A stretch of DNA of 62,412 bases, the filler included, from Kipferlia bialata (taxonomy: Eukaryota), in NCBI GenBank assembly GCA_003568945.1. It is 2 parts of 2 records of this genome, joined end to end, with 100 filler letters (N's around TTAATTAATTAA, not from the genome) between each part and the next. Parts side by side here need not be neighbours in the genome. Positions count along the whole stretch, not along the records: positions 1 to 31,165 come from BDIP01000113.1; 1 more part is not named here. One strand, given 5' to 3'. This document shows, piece after piece, positions 15,312 through 29,518 of the stretch. A model generated the notes under the pieces. It ran no database searches. It saw nothing but the letters and a program-made list of their open reading frames with translations, and was not told where the DNA came from. Position 1 is the first letter of the stretch; every line of letters starts with the position of its first letter. Made by a program: the position numbers and the translations under genes.

Positions 15312-18300
15312 CTACACCAGTCCTTCACCAAGGCTCTGTAGGTGTCCCCTCACCATATCTACCTCCACTGTCATCTAACGCACAGGGTATCTGCCCTATA
15401 TGTGTAAAGCGCAATGGAACACGGCCCTATTAACGGCAACTACCGACCCTGTGCCTAGAGACCACTCCCCAGCCTGGGCTTTGTACCTGTGGACCGTCTC
15501 TGCTTGGCGGGCTGGACATGAGGTACTATGGCAGTTGGCTACTTAGTATAGTATTCAAGGTGATAGTGATCACATATATCACAGAGAGAGAAAGAGAGAT
15601 GTAGATTCATAGAGCGAGAGCGAGAGAGTGACAGCACCTTGGCGTGGGGGAGGGGTGAGAAGGGAGGGGTGTATGCAGCGGTGGACCGTCTGGCATACCC
15701 ATCGACCTGGACATGAGAGGGGAGGGAGCAGGGTATCCTTACAGGAATGTATTGCATACAAACACCCGCTATTATGGGTGTGTGTGTATATATATGAGGA
15801 CGATAGAGCAACACCATAAACAAGAAAGAGACCTGTGTCATTCTGGATGGTGCGTGCAGTCCACTGTCTGGTCTAGACACAGGCATCTCTCTCTCCCCCT
15901 CTCCCTCAGGTACCTCGATACTTAGGGGTGCAGGGTTGGTGGCATTAGAAGGAGCACTCTCCCCAGTCTCCTCCTGGGTATCTCTCCCCCTCTCTCCCCC
16001 ACCCTCTCTCCACCCTGCCTCAGACCACAGTCTCTCCTTGCGGTCTCTGATCTGCCTCTCTCTCTGCTTGCCTGATTATAAGGGTTTATGCCACTTGTCA
16101 ACATCTATATCTATATATTTATATACCTAGGAGCTCCTGTGCGCCCTCGGACAGCTGTTGAGTGCTCTTGGAATCAAAGGGTGCAGAGGAAGAGTGTGAG
16201 AGTCCCCCCAATGGTGCTGTCCTAGCTAGGTTAGCCTCTCTGCCTCTCTCTGCCTCTCTCTCTCTGTATGTGTTACGCATACGCTCAGACGGGGACTCAG
16301 TATCACGCAGACTGGAGCCAAGAGCCTAGAATTAGCAGTGTATACCTGTTCATACAAAATTACTTTAAGCATTATTGTAAGGTATCATCTGAATACATGT
16401 AACAACAATAGTGTGTCTCACTCTATAAATATTGTACTTCATACATATATGTCTCATATATATGTATGCACCTGAGTGATTGACATTGACCTCCTGGGCA
16501 GAGGCACAGAGTCAGGCACAGTGGCAGAGACTGATATGAGGGTATAGGGAAGGAGAGAACATAGTGTATGCATACAGACATAATGTCTATAATGCAGTCC
16601 TAACCTGTCCTCACTAGTGTGGACTGTGATGCCACGTGTCGGGTCAAGGCACGGAAGCGGGCATAGCTAGGGTCAGACAATCAATATGCACTCAATACAT
16701 TCATGCCTACACCTGTGATCTGGGGCAGCGGGACAGGGGGGTGAGGTATATACAAGAACCTTCCTGATATACATATATACTCTCAATAACCCATCTACAT
16801 GCACCCTACCTGTGATCTGGGGGCAGTGGGAAGGACAGGGTGGCAGAGGAGAGCTGGTCTGGGGCCCTAGGGGTTAGGAAGGTGGATGCAAGTATGTGCA
16901 CTCATAAGAGAAACAGTACCACTCATCTCTGAATCCAAGACAAATGCTAGTGTGAATGAATACAGGCAGTGTAATACCCACCTCATGAGTGTATTAGTAT
17001 CCATATGAATACACTTAGTGTACAACGCATATCATACATACTACCCACCTCACGAGTGTGTCCAGGACCGATGGCAGTGTGAAGAACACCCCCTGCGTGT
17101 CCGGGAAGGAGTGGGTCCTGGGCACAATGTGCAGAACAAGTCTGCGGGGTGAGACACTTGACTTCCTGTTGGGTACATGGACCAATGCATATTCGACAAA
17201 ACATACAATTCAACGCTACCAATAGATGTCCATTGCTATACTGCGTCCATTACTATACCAATGAATTCATTACAATATATACTAGATATCGTACCTCCAC
17301 ACCAGAGGTGGGTACTGGACCAGGGTCTTGGTGGACTGGGTGTCAATGCCTAGGGAGGCAAGGATGTCACTGGGGTGAGGGATGTGTACAATCATAAACA
17401 GAGAGGTAGAGAGAGAGAGTCTCAACCACAGTACAGAAGCAGGGGTCTGTACCTAGCCACCCCCTGCCCCTCCTCCAGTGTGCCCATGTCCCTGGGGTCC
17501 AAGTCACGCAGACAGCAGGGGGCAGTGCCTGGAGTGAGAATGGTGTCGTGTATAGGAGAAGGGAGAAGGAGAATTCATTATCATCAGAATATGTATACAT
17601 ACTATACACACAAGGGCATACATGCTAAAAATACGATAACGTGCGCTGAGAGTATATGGGGGAGCATGGTGTCATACATGACGCATATACTATATATAAG
17701 CATCTAATAATCAACACGGTGTCACAATATCCAAACCTGCATACACTGCCACTATGTGTGTGTCTGGGTCTGCTGCATAGAGGGTCCAGTCACCCCGCCT
17801 CCATACCCTAACTCTCTCTCTCCCCCTCTCTCTCCGTGTGGACGAAGGGGTGTTGGGTGCCTCGGTACCACCCGTACAGACGCTAAGGGGGAGCAAGAGG
17901 GTCTGTCCATCCACCATGGCACTGTCATAACTCGCGGATAGAGTGGGCACTGTCTGTATATAGGGCACAGTGATGCATGAGTAGTCCTTGGCAGTCTCCT
18001 CCATGACAACAAAGTCAGGCTCCTGGGAATGAGGGGCTAGAGGGGGGTTGAACATATCTTACAGATCTATACAGGGCAAACCAATACTGATACTATTATA
18101 GTATACAGCTGTGACCAATACCTCTCTGATGCTTCCGTCACTAGGGGGCAGGGGACACATGGACAGAAGGAGAGACAGACAGCGCTGGGATTAATTAAGG
18201 AGGGAGAGAGAGAGACAGAGAAAGGGTAGGAGACAGACGATTCTCTTTCTTCCATTATGCACACCCACCTGTGTGTTCGCATCTCCACCATACATCGCAT

Positions 18301-20516
18301 CCTCCATTCTCTCTCTCTCTCTCTCCCGTGTCAACTTCGGAGAGTCCAGCTGGGTGCCCCTGAACGGTGAACGGTGAGTGGTTAGTATTATCAATAAGAA
18401 CACTGTTTGCATGGTCTGTGTAGAGGGTCATCCAGGTAGACAGGTTCCCACCAATAACACTGGAATAGCCACATACCGTGGGTTGTACTGCTTTGGTGAT
18501 GCTGCAGTGGCACCAGACTCATGGACGGCACTGGCGGCCTAGGGGTTGGATGTGCATGTATTAGGGTGTACTAGGATATGTACATTGTATATATGTGCGT
18601 AGGAATGCAATGTCCCCACCCTCATGACCCTCCTCCTCATGGCAGCCACTATACATCTGTTCAAAACATATGATACATGTTCAACATAGATATGAATGTG
18701 TATCCATATATTGAATATATACCTTCATGGCCCTCCTCCTCCTGGCTGCCAGAACAGGGTGCATGGCTGGAGGTTAGGGCACACTATAATATACTATACT
18801 ATACTATAATATACTATACAATACTATACTAGGGCATCCAAAGAAATGGAACACATACACATGCTTGTATGGCCCAGCAGTATACACATGTTACCTGAGT
18901 CGAACCGGTGCATGAGTGACCTGATGGCATCAACACCTGGATATGTACATATGTATATTCATATATATATAATATCATATATACAAATACATGCACAGAG
19001 GGTATATACCTGAGTCGAACCGGTGCATGAGTGACCTGATGGCATCACAGCTGGTGATGGGGTGGGGGCCCTGGGGGTAAGAGTTACATATACACACTAT
19101 AGATACAATAATTATGCGCAATATATGCACTATTATGAAGGGGGCCCTGGCGGTAAGGGGTGAGCTATCCCATCCATTTCTATGTGATACTGATACTGTG
19201 TGCTGTATACCTGCAACACTGCCTCTGGGCTGAACAGTGCATGGAAGGGTGCAGAAGGGTGCAGGGCAGCATGGACCGGGGACACACCTGCAGTGGGTAT
19301 TGTGTGGACGAATGAATACATATGTATAGACAGGTGAATGTACATGACCATATATAGTAGCCTGGTGGGAGGGCCAAAGTGTACAATGGAGTTTGAATAG
19401 CTATAGTCTAGAGAGTGTCACAAACCTGATGGCTCCACTATGCGAAGTTCACACCGGATATCCCCACTGGTCCTGAACATCAGAGGGTAATATGGCATAT
19501 TAATGATTACAATCAATAGCCAATAGTATGCACTATCCAAAGATGCTAAGAGAGTATTGGAAATAATGATATACTATCCATTGTACACTCTCGTACATCA
19601 AATTTCATATTCCATGAATCCTGGATGACCATAATACAATAGAATAGTAGTATATAGTATGTATATGTAAGTAATACCTGTTGTACACCCTCTCGTGCGT
19701 CAAATATGATATATATGGGATGATATAGTAGTACTTAGTACACATGGTACTTATGCATGCAGATATATATGGTATGCGTGTACCTGTTGTACACCCTCTC
19801 GTGTGTGGACCGGGGTGATGGTACAGGGGTATCCCTCTGGGGTCAGAGGATGGGTGGGAGAGAGAGAGAGAGAGAGAGATCCACACCTAGTCTTGAGAAG
19901 AGCACCTTCACACCAATAGCTCTTGTGATACACTCATACTCCTCTGTACAATTGTCAATTGTGTAGAGCATAGAGTGCATACATCGTATATACACCTACC
20001 TGCCCCAGGTTGTCTGTCTCTGCATGGACCGATGCCTCATCAGAGGCATGCCAGTACTGGACCTGGGGTTGGGCATGCATACTGAGAGAGAGAGAGAGAG
20101 TATCAAAGGCATGACAGTACTGCCCTGGGCCTAGCGTTTATAGAGAGTAGAGTGTGTGTGACAGGTCTACACACACACAAACACACACACATGCATACAT
20201 ATTTTCCAGGTCATAGTCTGCATGGAAGGTATATATCCATGATACTGATTCTGCTCCATACCAGGTCATAGTCTGCATCATCTGTATATACTAAATACAT
20301 GATACTGATACTGGTACTGATACTACTACATATCAATATATATATATATACATACCAGGTCATAGTCTGCATCATCTGTGGGCACTGCCAGACTCCTGTG
20401 ACCCAGGACAACCTGGGTGTTAGGGGTACATGGGTATGTGTATGTAGAGAGGAACGAGAGATAGAGACCGGGCGGAGAAGTACAACATGAGCACAATACC
20501 AAGATGTGAAGGGGAG

Positions 20517-20559
<43 letters not shown>

Positions 20560-21489
20560 AAAAAAAAAAAAAAAAATAAATAAGGGGGGGGGGGGGGGGG
20601 GGGGGAGACAGGACCACCAATGCACAGGCTTGGGGTAGACGGAATACTGATACATATTTAGAGAGGGAGAGAGAGTCAGTGCACTCACTTCTGATATGGT
20701 GCCACCAGCCTGTACATCTCCCCCTGTCTGTATGACACAATTGAGTACTCAGATATGTACTATACATATATATATACATCAAATACACGTACTTCTGGTA
20801 TGGTGCCACCAGCCTGTACATCTCCCCCTGTCTGTAGGAGAGACTGCTCAGCTCGGCACGCATCTCAGCCGTCTGCTGCTGCAGAGAGACCTGGTATCAG
20901 GGAATACATAGTATACATAGTATATAAATAGTATATATATTATATAAATGAATATATGTGGATATAGCTGTCTGTTGCTGCAGGGACACCTGGGGTGAGT
21001 GACTATATATAGGGGAGTATTATGTAACTATATACATATGAATACGTATATACAATAAATATACACATACCTTTGCCTTGGGACTGGGTGTGACTGTCTT
21101 CCTGTGCACCCCTCCTATGCGGGAGGGAGTGCCCTCTCCCCCTCTCCCTCTGTCCTCATGTGTTGGTGTATATGTATGGGCGGTGGGGGAGGCCTGAGAC
21201 CTGGGGGTACCAGCACTCCTGATGTCAGAGAGGAGTAACGCATAATAGTATATAAGTATATGCATATATGTACGTATATTATAGGTATGGGCGGTGGGGG
21301 AGGCCTGGGACTGAGGGGTGCCGCTCCTAGGATGAGAGTAGTATACTGTATGTATATACAGAGAGAGAGTAGTATATAACCTGTATACATAGATAGAGAG
21401 ACAGGTGCCTCTGAGAGTACCAATCCTAGGCACAATGAGTCAAAGGGGTGTATAGTCAATAAGACCAAGTCAGGAGAAGGTATGTATAC

Positions 21490-21522
<33 letters not shown>

Positions 21523-21752
21523 TATGCATATATAGATCTAAGTGCCTAGAACCCTCACTTCCTTGTATGTCCTGAGGCACGATGTGATATCACACAGAAG
21601 GATAGACGTATATATAGAGAGAGTGACCATATATACATTGAACTACCATCTATGATGCATCCACTCACTTGTATGTCCTGAGGGATGATATGATCTCCGA
21701 CTTCTGCTTCTGGAACTCTGGGTTACGCACAGACTCCTGCTCGCTGATGGTA

Positions 21753-21787
<35 letters not shown>

Positions 21788-22012
21788 GCCTGGACTAAAC
21801 TGCATCGAACAGTACACTCCTTCCATAGCATGCATTGTTCTATACAGCCACTCTCCAGTAGTATATAACTGGTCTGATCATAACCCTAGTCCCACTCACC
21901 CCACAATCTCCTGCACCTCCCTCTGGATGGTCAGTCTGATCTGGGCCATCGTGTCGTCCAGGTGCGTGTGCCAGTCATCGCCAGAGTCACCCATCTCAGG
22001 GCCTTCTGACAT
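15312..22012 (-). CDS. Large multi-exon hypothetical protein (possibly two genes joined at the 20511-20605 G/A tract)
   Basis: ATG at 22012 (MSEGPEMGDSGDDWHTHLDDTMAQIRLTIQREVQEIVG) followed by many GC-rich exons with minus-strand splice signals. No family recognised; the stop position is tentative. Confidence 0.55.
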
Positions 22013-22218
22013 CGTCCTCAGTTACCAAGGTACGTGGTGGAGTAGCTGTGAGGGGCGCCTTCACCTCGTGAGTGTGGAGAAGCACCTTGTCTCCAGACGC
22101 TGAGAAAGGGTGCAGAAGCGTGTTTTTGGACCCTTTTCTAACATGTTTTTTGTTCCGTACAGAGTGCTTCTGTGAGTACCTTGCCCTCTCTCACTGTGCC
22201 CCTGGTGTCCCTATCCAT

Positions 22219-22610
22219 ATGGACAGTGAGGCACTGGATGAGGCAGCCAGGGACAAGGAGAACCTGCAGCCCCTGGACGGTGGGCGCCAGCTGAAGCGGG
22301 TGGGTCTTGCCCTGGCACCAGCTGAGGAGACCAGGGATACTAGGAAGCAGAGTGTCAAGTGAGTGGGGGGTGCATAGATATGGACACTGTGCTCATATTA
22401 TGATAGCTTAGTGGTATATATACTGACCTATAGGGGTAGCTGACAGGGTGGTGTGTGTTAGGCCTGTGGCACCTCCCATTTAGTGACTCGACCTTCTCCT
22501 CCCTCACTCCAGGTCCTTTAGGAAGCAGCTCGCCAACCCCTCTCTCGAGGATCCCCTTGAGGTGTGGAGAGAGTACCTGCTGTTCCTGCAACAGAGCAAG
22601 AAGGAGGAAG
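22219..22610 (+). CDS. Mad3/BubR1 (MadBub) N-terminal fragment with KEN box
   Basis: Two exons (22219-22358, 22513-22610) give DKENLQPLDGGRQ...KSFRKQLANPSLEDPLEVWREYLLFLQQ, matching the BubR1 KENVQPLRQGR...DPLDVWDRYISW pattern. Confidence 0.8.
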
Positions 22611-22752
22611 GTATGAACGGGATACATATATGTGTATTCAGAGTGGTATTCAATCCACATGACCCCCCCTCTCCCCCCCCCCCCTCCCCCCCCCCCCGCA
22701 TACCTGCTCTCTCACGTACCTACCGGCTGTATTGTTCTATTCTCACCCTCAG

Positions 22753-23546
22753 ACTTGGGATCCGAGTCTCGCCTTCGCACCACCCTGAGGACAGAGGTTC
22801 ACAGGGCACTTAGTCAGGACGTGACTGTGATCATTGACGCCTTGAACTATCTCAAGGTTGGACACTATCCCTCTGTGATTCATCTCTCCCTTCTTACCTC
22901 AGAGCTTCCGGTATGAGCTCTTCTGTCTCTCTCGCGATGTCCCCACCCCGTATCTCCACGTGCGGTGTGAGGTCACGAGGGAGGAGGCCCTGGCCCGCAA
23001 TGCAGTCTCGGGTCTCTACACAGAGGAGCAGATATTCCGGCTGTGTGCGTGCTACGAGCCCCCCCTGGCCAAGTCGTCATGGGAGCTCCCCTGCTTTCCA
23101 CTGGGTGCCTCTGACCCGACCCCTGTCTCTGACATCCTGGCCATCTGTAAAGGGTCCAAGGCAGTGCGGTCCTCTGCCTCCAGGAGACTACCTCTGGGCT
23201 CCAACATGGTGGGCATAGGCCTCATCACAGCTGTGACGGGGGATGTGGTGGCTGCCCTGGTGGAGGCATTGGCGGTGCTCAACGCAGGTGGGTGTGTATA
23301 TGGTATATACATTTGATGTTGTGTGTCTGTGTATGAGCGTATCGACGCCCCAGTCCCTCTGACCCCCCAGGCGACAGTGTGGGTGTGGGCTATGGCGTCA
23401 CGTGGCTGGTCCCCCCCGGACTATCCGTCAACTCCCTCCAGTCCCTCAGACAGGAGTTCCTCCTTGTGGCTAGGAGCAGGGCAGATGTGGGTGCCACAGA
23501 CGTGGCAAGGGCATTCGTCAGCTACCTCACACAGCGGTGCAGATGA
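22753..23546 (+). CDS. KTI12: KTI12 (Elongator-associated kinase-like protein), lacking its N-terminal P-loop
   Basis: Spliced product: LRTEVHRALSQDVTVIIDALNYLKSFRYELFCLSR...YEPPLAKSSWELPCF...LQSLRQEFL...FVSYL, typical Kti12 motifs. Confidence 0.85.
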
Positions 23547-24189
23547 GCAGTGCGTCGGTAGAGAGGTTGCAATCATACATCTTGACGTGGGTTGATTCTA
23601 CCGGATTCATTGATATGCCCGTCTCAGTTGGCCTAACAGGGCCTGTGCCTTACCTACCGTGTCCACCTACTGGGCCTATACGTGTGAGGCCTCGCCATTG
23701 GTGTCAGGTTGAGACTCCAGTACTGTCTCCTTCCCTCAGTGGACAGGAGTGAGGATATGGCGTTCCTCCTTCGTTCAATGCAACTAGCCATTGTCTCGTC
23801 TGCATGAGTGTTACTCATGAGAGGGTCCCAGTCTGTATGGATACATGCTGCTTAATAGTTCAGACTGTCATGCCGCTTTGCTGTATCGTTCTGTGGGGAA
23901 CCTCGGTCACAGTGTGATGCTCCACAGGTTGGTTGTGTAGTCGACAGCTAGTGTGTCTGTTTGGACAGATACTTGTGACTCACGGTGTTTGGAGTTATCG
24001 AGGCTTGAGAGGGCCCTCTATCTAATAGAATCAGGAATATGTATTGTGGTCTGAAGTGAGTAAGATCAGATGAGCCAACAGCTGAGATTGGAATTGGAAT
24101 TGAGGGTACAGAACAAGCAAAAAATCTGGAATGTCTGGGAGTCACCTGACAGACTGATCTCTCCACCCACCTCTGTTCACTGTTCGACC

Positions 24190-25359
24190 ATGACAAGCCT
24201 GCAGAGCAGCGTGGACAGGCTGAAGACCCGGGCGAAGGAGCTGGCCCCTGTTGTTGGCAAGAGCGGTCTGTCTGTGGAGGTCAACTCAGTGCTTGACCAC
24301 CTGCAGTCCAACACATCGGAGCAGGACACGCTCACGGCAGTGGCCTTTCTGGAGGAGTACCTGGACACTCTGCAGAGGTGGGTAGTGAGGGGGGACTTGG
24401 GATAGGACACGACAGTGTTAATATTGAGGACTATATGATTAGTGTATTCTCTTCAGTGTGTATGTTACTCTTCGCCACCCCCCTGTCTTCACCCACATTA
24501 GGGAGTCTGAGCTGAGGTCTGCTCTCCAGACAGCCCAGACCGATGCCGAGGAGCTAGCTCTTGCCCTGGACCGGTCCACCCTGGAGTCTGGGTACATCTA
24601 CCTGCCTGACACCCACAACTCTGTGGTGGACGGGGTGATGCCAGCCGGGGGGAGGGGCTGGGGGCTGCCTGTGGCCAAGGACGAGAACCCTCTCAAGGAC
24701 TGCGCCATCACTAGGTGGGGTGGCATAGCTACCGTCACCATTAACCATATTCATTCTCACACCGACTCCCATTCTCTTCTCTTCTCCCTGATCCCCCCCC
24801 TCACCCCAGGGTAGTTGTGGATGAGGCTGTGCAGCACAAGGGCAGGTTCCACCCATTCCACTCATACAGGTGGGGATGGAAGATGTATTGGTATTGGTCT
24901 TGGAATCACTCTATACACTGTCATTTATCTGGGTATTATTAACCCTAGGGTGCTGACTATTACCACCAACGGCCGCATTTACATGGTAAGGAGGCGGTTT
25001 AACGACCTCAAGGCCCTGCACAAGGGCCTCTCTACCCGGGCAGACCCCCCTCCCTTCCCTTCTGTCAGGTTGGTATCAGTATGTATATATACCAGTGTCC
25101 TCTCTTCCCTTCCTACCTCTCTGATACATAGGCACTGGGCTCTTGGAGGAGGAAAGCCAGAGTTCATTGCAGTGCGTGTCCGCGAGATGTCTCGGTATCT
25201 GGAGAGGGTCTGCGGCAGCCAGCTCTTTGCAGAGTCGGAGGTGGGTTGGCATATATATACACATATACACACCCTGTCCTCTTTACTGTCTGATATCAGG
25301 AGCTGCATGCCTTCTTCACAGATGGGGCAGAGTTCAGACCCCAGGCACAGGGGTACTGA
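24190..25359 (+). CDS. PX-domain (sorting nexin-like) protein, 6 exons
   Basis: VRRRFNDLKALHKGL...PPPFPS...EFIAVRVREMSRYLERV...ELHAFF is a PX signature; in-frame GT-AG junctions. Confidence 0.8.
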
Positions 25360-26686
25360 GCCGGGTGTGGGGGGTGAGGCTAAGCCGGGGGCCTCGTGTA
25401 GCTGTACCAATGAATAATAGATCATAATAGTGTGAGGGACTGAAATGGTGCAACTGCTTCAATGGACCGACACATCCCTGCAAACGACATTTATGACGGA
25501 AAGACAGCCTCCAGGCAACAAACCTGGGGCAACGACAGATGTAGTACAGCATCTGAAACACTAACTAAAGAAGTGTACTATAGGAACTATTACAACTGTG
25601 GAACGCACTTCGAGTAAACTTGTCTTCACCTGCCCTTCTTCTCCTTGTCGCCAAAGCAAGCAGCCATGGTCCCATCAAGATACTCCTCTCTCTCCATAAC
25701 ACCATCACTCTGAATCACATAGCTCTTGCCAGGCTTTGCACTGACAAAGAACTGGTCTTCACACACACACATTTCAATCTGGGCCCTAGTAGGCAGAGGA
25801 CGAATACTCGGGTAGTACACTCGTGTGCTGGAGCCCTTGTATCCTGGTATGAAAAGAAACCCTCAATGAAGTTATGAGTGTAGCAGGACTAGTCACCTGG
25901 AGCAGCTTCCTCAACGACAAACTCCTCAGTGGGAGCAGCGGAAAACAGCTGGAACGGGGTACCGAACGGGTCACCCGCGGAGCTGCTCTCTTCGTCGGAA
26001 CAACCTTCCATGATACTCAATATCTTCTTCTGACAGAAGAGTCCCCCAGCAGTCCCCTAGTCAACCTACTCTGAAGAGGACCCTTTTGTTAATATCACCG
26101 AATCGGATTTTTTGTCGGAAAGTTCCGAATTTCCAGTGGAAATTTTCCACTGGAGTCCACATCGTGGTATCGAGGTGGGGATAAGCAGCTCTTTTGTCGC
26201 TGTTTTATTAGCGAAGGATGGTTACTTTGTAGCATATCGCCTTTGTCTATGCTGACAGCGCATAATTGAGTTTTTGGTGGCCAATCAGGGGGCTTTTAGC
26301 ATCTCTGGTTTATGGTTGTTCTATTCGAACTAATCTGGCTACTGACTTCTTATATGCTCTGTTTATTAATGGTATAGCGGTGTTCCCGTGACGATATCGA
26401 CTCTTTCCCGAGGCATCTTGCCCAAGAGTGAATATTCCAATTGGTAGGGCTATCCTGACTCTTCTCGTCTGGCTCTGTCGGAGAGAAGGATGATTGGTTG
26501 CTTTTACCGCTATCTGAGGGACACAGTTATTCTGGTCTGTTTATTAAGCTTAATGCTTGACAGTATTAGTTCTGGCGGGCTGAGCGTTTGTGAGGAGATA
26601 CCTTCATGCTACCCTGAGAGCCCATAGGGTATCTCTCGGTACTATCACAAGCCCCTCCATCACTTAGCTATTCCAACGATACTGGC

Positions 26687-27599
26687 ATGCCTCAGTACTT
26701 TCGGAGGATCTCCCACATAGAGAGGCTCATATACAAGGTCCCCAAGGTATGGTGGTTATTCTTGATCAATTATCTGTGGCATTGTTCCCATTCACGGCAG
26801 GACCTTGTGTATGTTACCACTCTCCACATTCGTCAGGTCAACGTGGGGCCCAGTGGCATCACAGTGGAGATCCCGGTTGGGTTCTGTCTGTCCAACGAAG
26901 GTACACGACGTGTGCTATATTGTTACTCGCGCACACTTTCCGTTTCTCTCTCTTTCTGTCTCTCTCTCTCTCTCTCTCTCCCCCCCCCACTCTGCCCCTA
27001 ACCACCAAGCTGCCGATGTCACCAACCCTAACCTCTTGTGCCGCATCCCCCCTTGGTTGGTGCATGAGTTCCTCTTCCGCACTCACAGGAACAAGCTGCG
27101 TGGGAGCAAGGTTACGAGGGAGACAGCCAACAGCCTACTCACTGGGACAGAGTGGGGGGTGAATCCAGAGCTGCAGGTGAGCACTCTCTCTCCCTCTCTC
27201 TCTCCTCCTCCTCTCTCCATCAACCACTGCCCTGCCTCCCTGACCCCAGTCCATGGAGCGCTTTGTGGCCCTTGCCAACACTGCCACAGTCATACCTAGC
27301 CTGGTGGCAGTGCCCAAGGCAGCAGTCAGGTGGGAGGCACATACATACACATTCTACTTTGGATACTTGGGTGGAGAGTTGCTGTGTATGTATTCATGAT
27401 ACATAGAATTCTATATAATATCCTATATGTATATATATATATATCTGACCCCAGGTTCAGCTCTGGGGAGAAGGCCCCTGTGCAGGAGAGAGTGGGCCAG
27501 GTCTTCATCGGCCTGGGGGTGATAGGGGGCGGCATACTCGCTGGGATCCTCACCAACCTCTTCATTGAGAGTGAGGGCGTCAACTTCCCAAGGCTATAA
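26687..27599 (+). CDS. Hypothetical protein with a C-terminal TM helix and weak DUF1353-like motifs
   Basis: Five exons splice in frame: ...VEIPVGFCLSNEAADV...PWLVHEFLFRTH...VTRETANSLL...VFIGLGVIGGGILAGILTNLF. Confidence 0.6.
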
Positions 27600-27925
27600 A
27601 TCAAAGGGGTATATGAGTGGTATTGTTGTATTTCATGTTACAACGATGTATAGGTATGGGATGTGGTTTTGCACTCATTTGGGAATAGAATTACTCTGCT
27701 ACACAATGTGTATTGAAGAAGTCATCCCGGTATCAGTACACTGTATTGTATATATAATCCACTGCAATGTGTCTGTGAAGCATCTATTCAACGTTCACAA
27801 AGTATCTATCTAGTCGAGCACCATGCCCTCTCCACTGCCTGGGAGGGAGAATGCACTGGCATTGCCTGGAGGTCAGGGACAGAGAATAGAATATGGATAC
27901 AGTAGAGAGAGTGTTGTATGCACTG

Positions 27926-29236
27926 TCAAGACACTGCCCCCATACCTAGGACTGTGAGGGATGTGGCCACTGAGCTCTCCATCAGCCTCTCGGCCAGCTC
28001 CGACAGGTGCCTCTTGGGGTCCAGCCTGCCCGTGTCTGGTACCTTGTCCTCGGTGTCCAGGGAGGACTGCTCCTTGAGCCGGGAGGCAAACTGCGACATG
28101 AGGTCTGCTGCCTTGTCGAGGGAGGCATCGGTGTCTGCCTCTGCCACACCCACCCCTGCCCCTAGGGTGGCACCACCAACCCTGTGGAGAATGGCGTCCT
28201 CCACCTCGTTGGGCCTGATCTCGGTCTCCAGGCAGTAGTACTGCTGGCCCAGCCCATGCACAATGGTCTGGATGGGGGGTTGCCTCAGGTACCCCAGGTT
28301 GGAGGTGGTCTTGCGCTTGGCGTCTGGGTCCCCGGCCAGCATGCCAGCTGGGCCATCCCCCAACAGCCGGAATGCCTCCAGCACCACATTGCCCCTGACA
28401 CTCTGCACAGGGTCCACAACAACGGCAACGGCCCTGGGGGGTGAAGGGAAGGAAGGGAGAGAAAGGGGGAGAGAAAGAGGGGGAGAGAAAGAGGTGGGGG
28501 GTAGAACACAAATGACTGGAAGCATGTTACGCTGACTACATCAATGGAAGATAAAGAACACAACTATACAACAAACCCAAACCACCCTGCTAACCACGCT
28601 GCCTACCTGTCGTTGAGCTGCTCAAACGAGGCCTGTGTCCTCTGATCTGTGCCACTCAGCCAGCACCCAAAGCCAGGGTGGGAGTGGTACCAGCCAACGG
28701 AGGGCTCGGTGGTGCCCACCCGCTTCAGCAGGTCCATCATCTCAGCCTGGTACACCTCGTCCACAGCCTCGACAGAGGTGCCAGAGCCTGGGGGTGAGAC
28801 TGGGCAATAGAGAAGAAGGAAGAGAGGGCCATCTACGGATAGGAGTCCTCAGGGACAGAAGTGATTAACCAGGGATACATACATACACACAAATACGGCC
28901 AACAGCAATATGAATATGTACATCTAGAATAAGTAGAATAAGTAGAACTAGTAGTAGTGGAAGAGTAGAAAAGGAAAGGGCGGCCCACACAAACCAACCA
29001 CATGTCAACTGACCTGACTGAGGCATTGCGAACACGTCAGTGATGTGTACTGTGTACTGGTCAACATATCTTCCCAGGACCAGCCCCATAACCTCCATGG
29101 GCACCCCACTCTTACCGTGGGCCAGCATCTTGAGCAGGGCCAGTGGCGAGATGACCACAGTCTCAGATGTGTCGCTCACAGTCTTCTTCTTCCCAGCTCC
29201 GCCCATCTGCTGCTGCAGCAGGGCATTAATGTCCAT
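27926..29236 (-). CDS. RPN11: 26S proteasome deubiquitinase subunit Rpn11/PSMD14
   Basis: [28 protein letters not shown] motif [28 protein letters not shown]; three exons. Confidence 0.97.
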
Positions 29237-29518
29237 TTTGAACCTGTGTGAGAGGAAGAAAAGGACGGTTGGCAGGTGTAAGGAGAGAATACTTCAAAGG
29301 ATCGAGGCCAATGTACTCTCACCCATCCAACAGACACTGAAAAGCAACCAAATATACCAGATCTAGTAAACTTACACACCTGAGCCACTAGAGAGACTCT
29401 GGTTCCGTGTTACTCACGAGAATGTGTAGGAAAGGCAGTAGTGTACAGCAGCCAACAATTGTATTAGGGGTTAGCTCTCAGACTGCAAAGCCTCTCTTGC
29501 CAGTGACTGCCACTGTCA

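Noticed and set aside
25430..26090. Possible minus-strand gene or transposon remnant
   Set aside because: Only short frames; no recognisable motif or consistent splice model.
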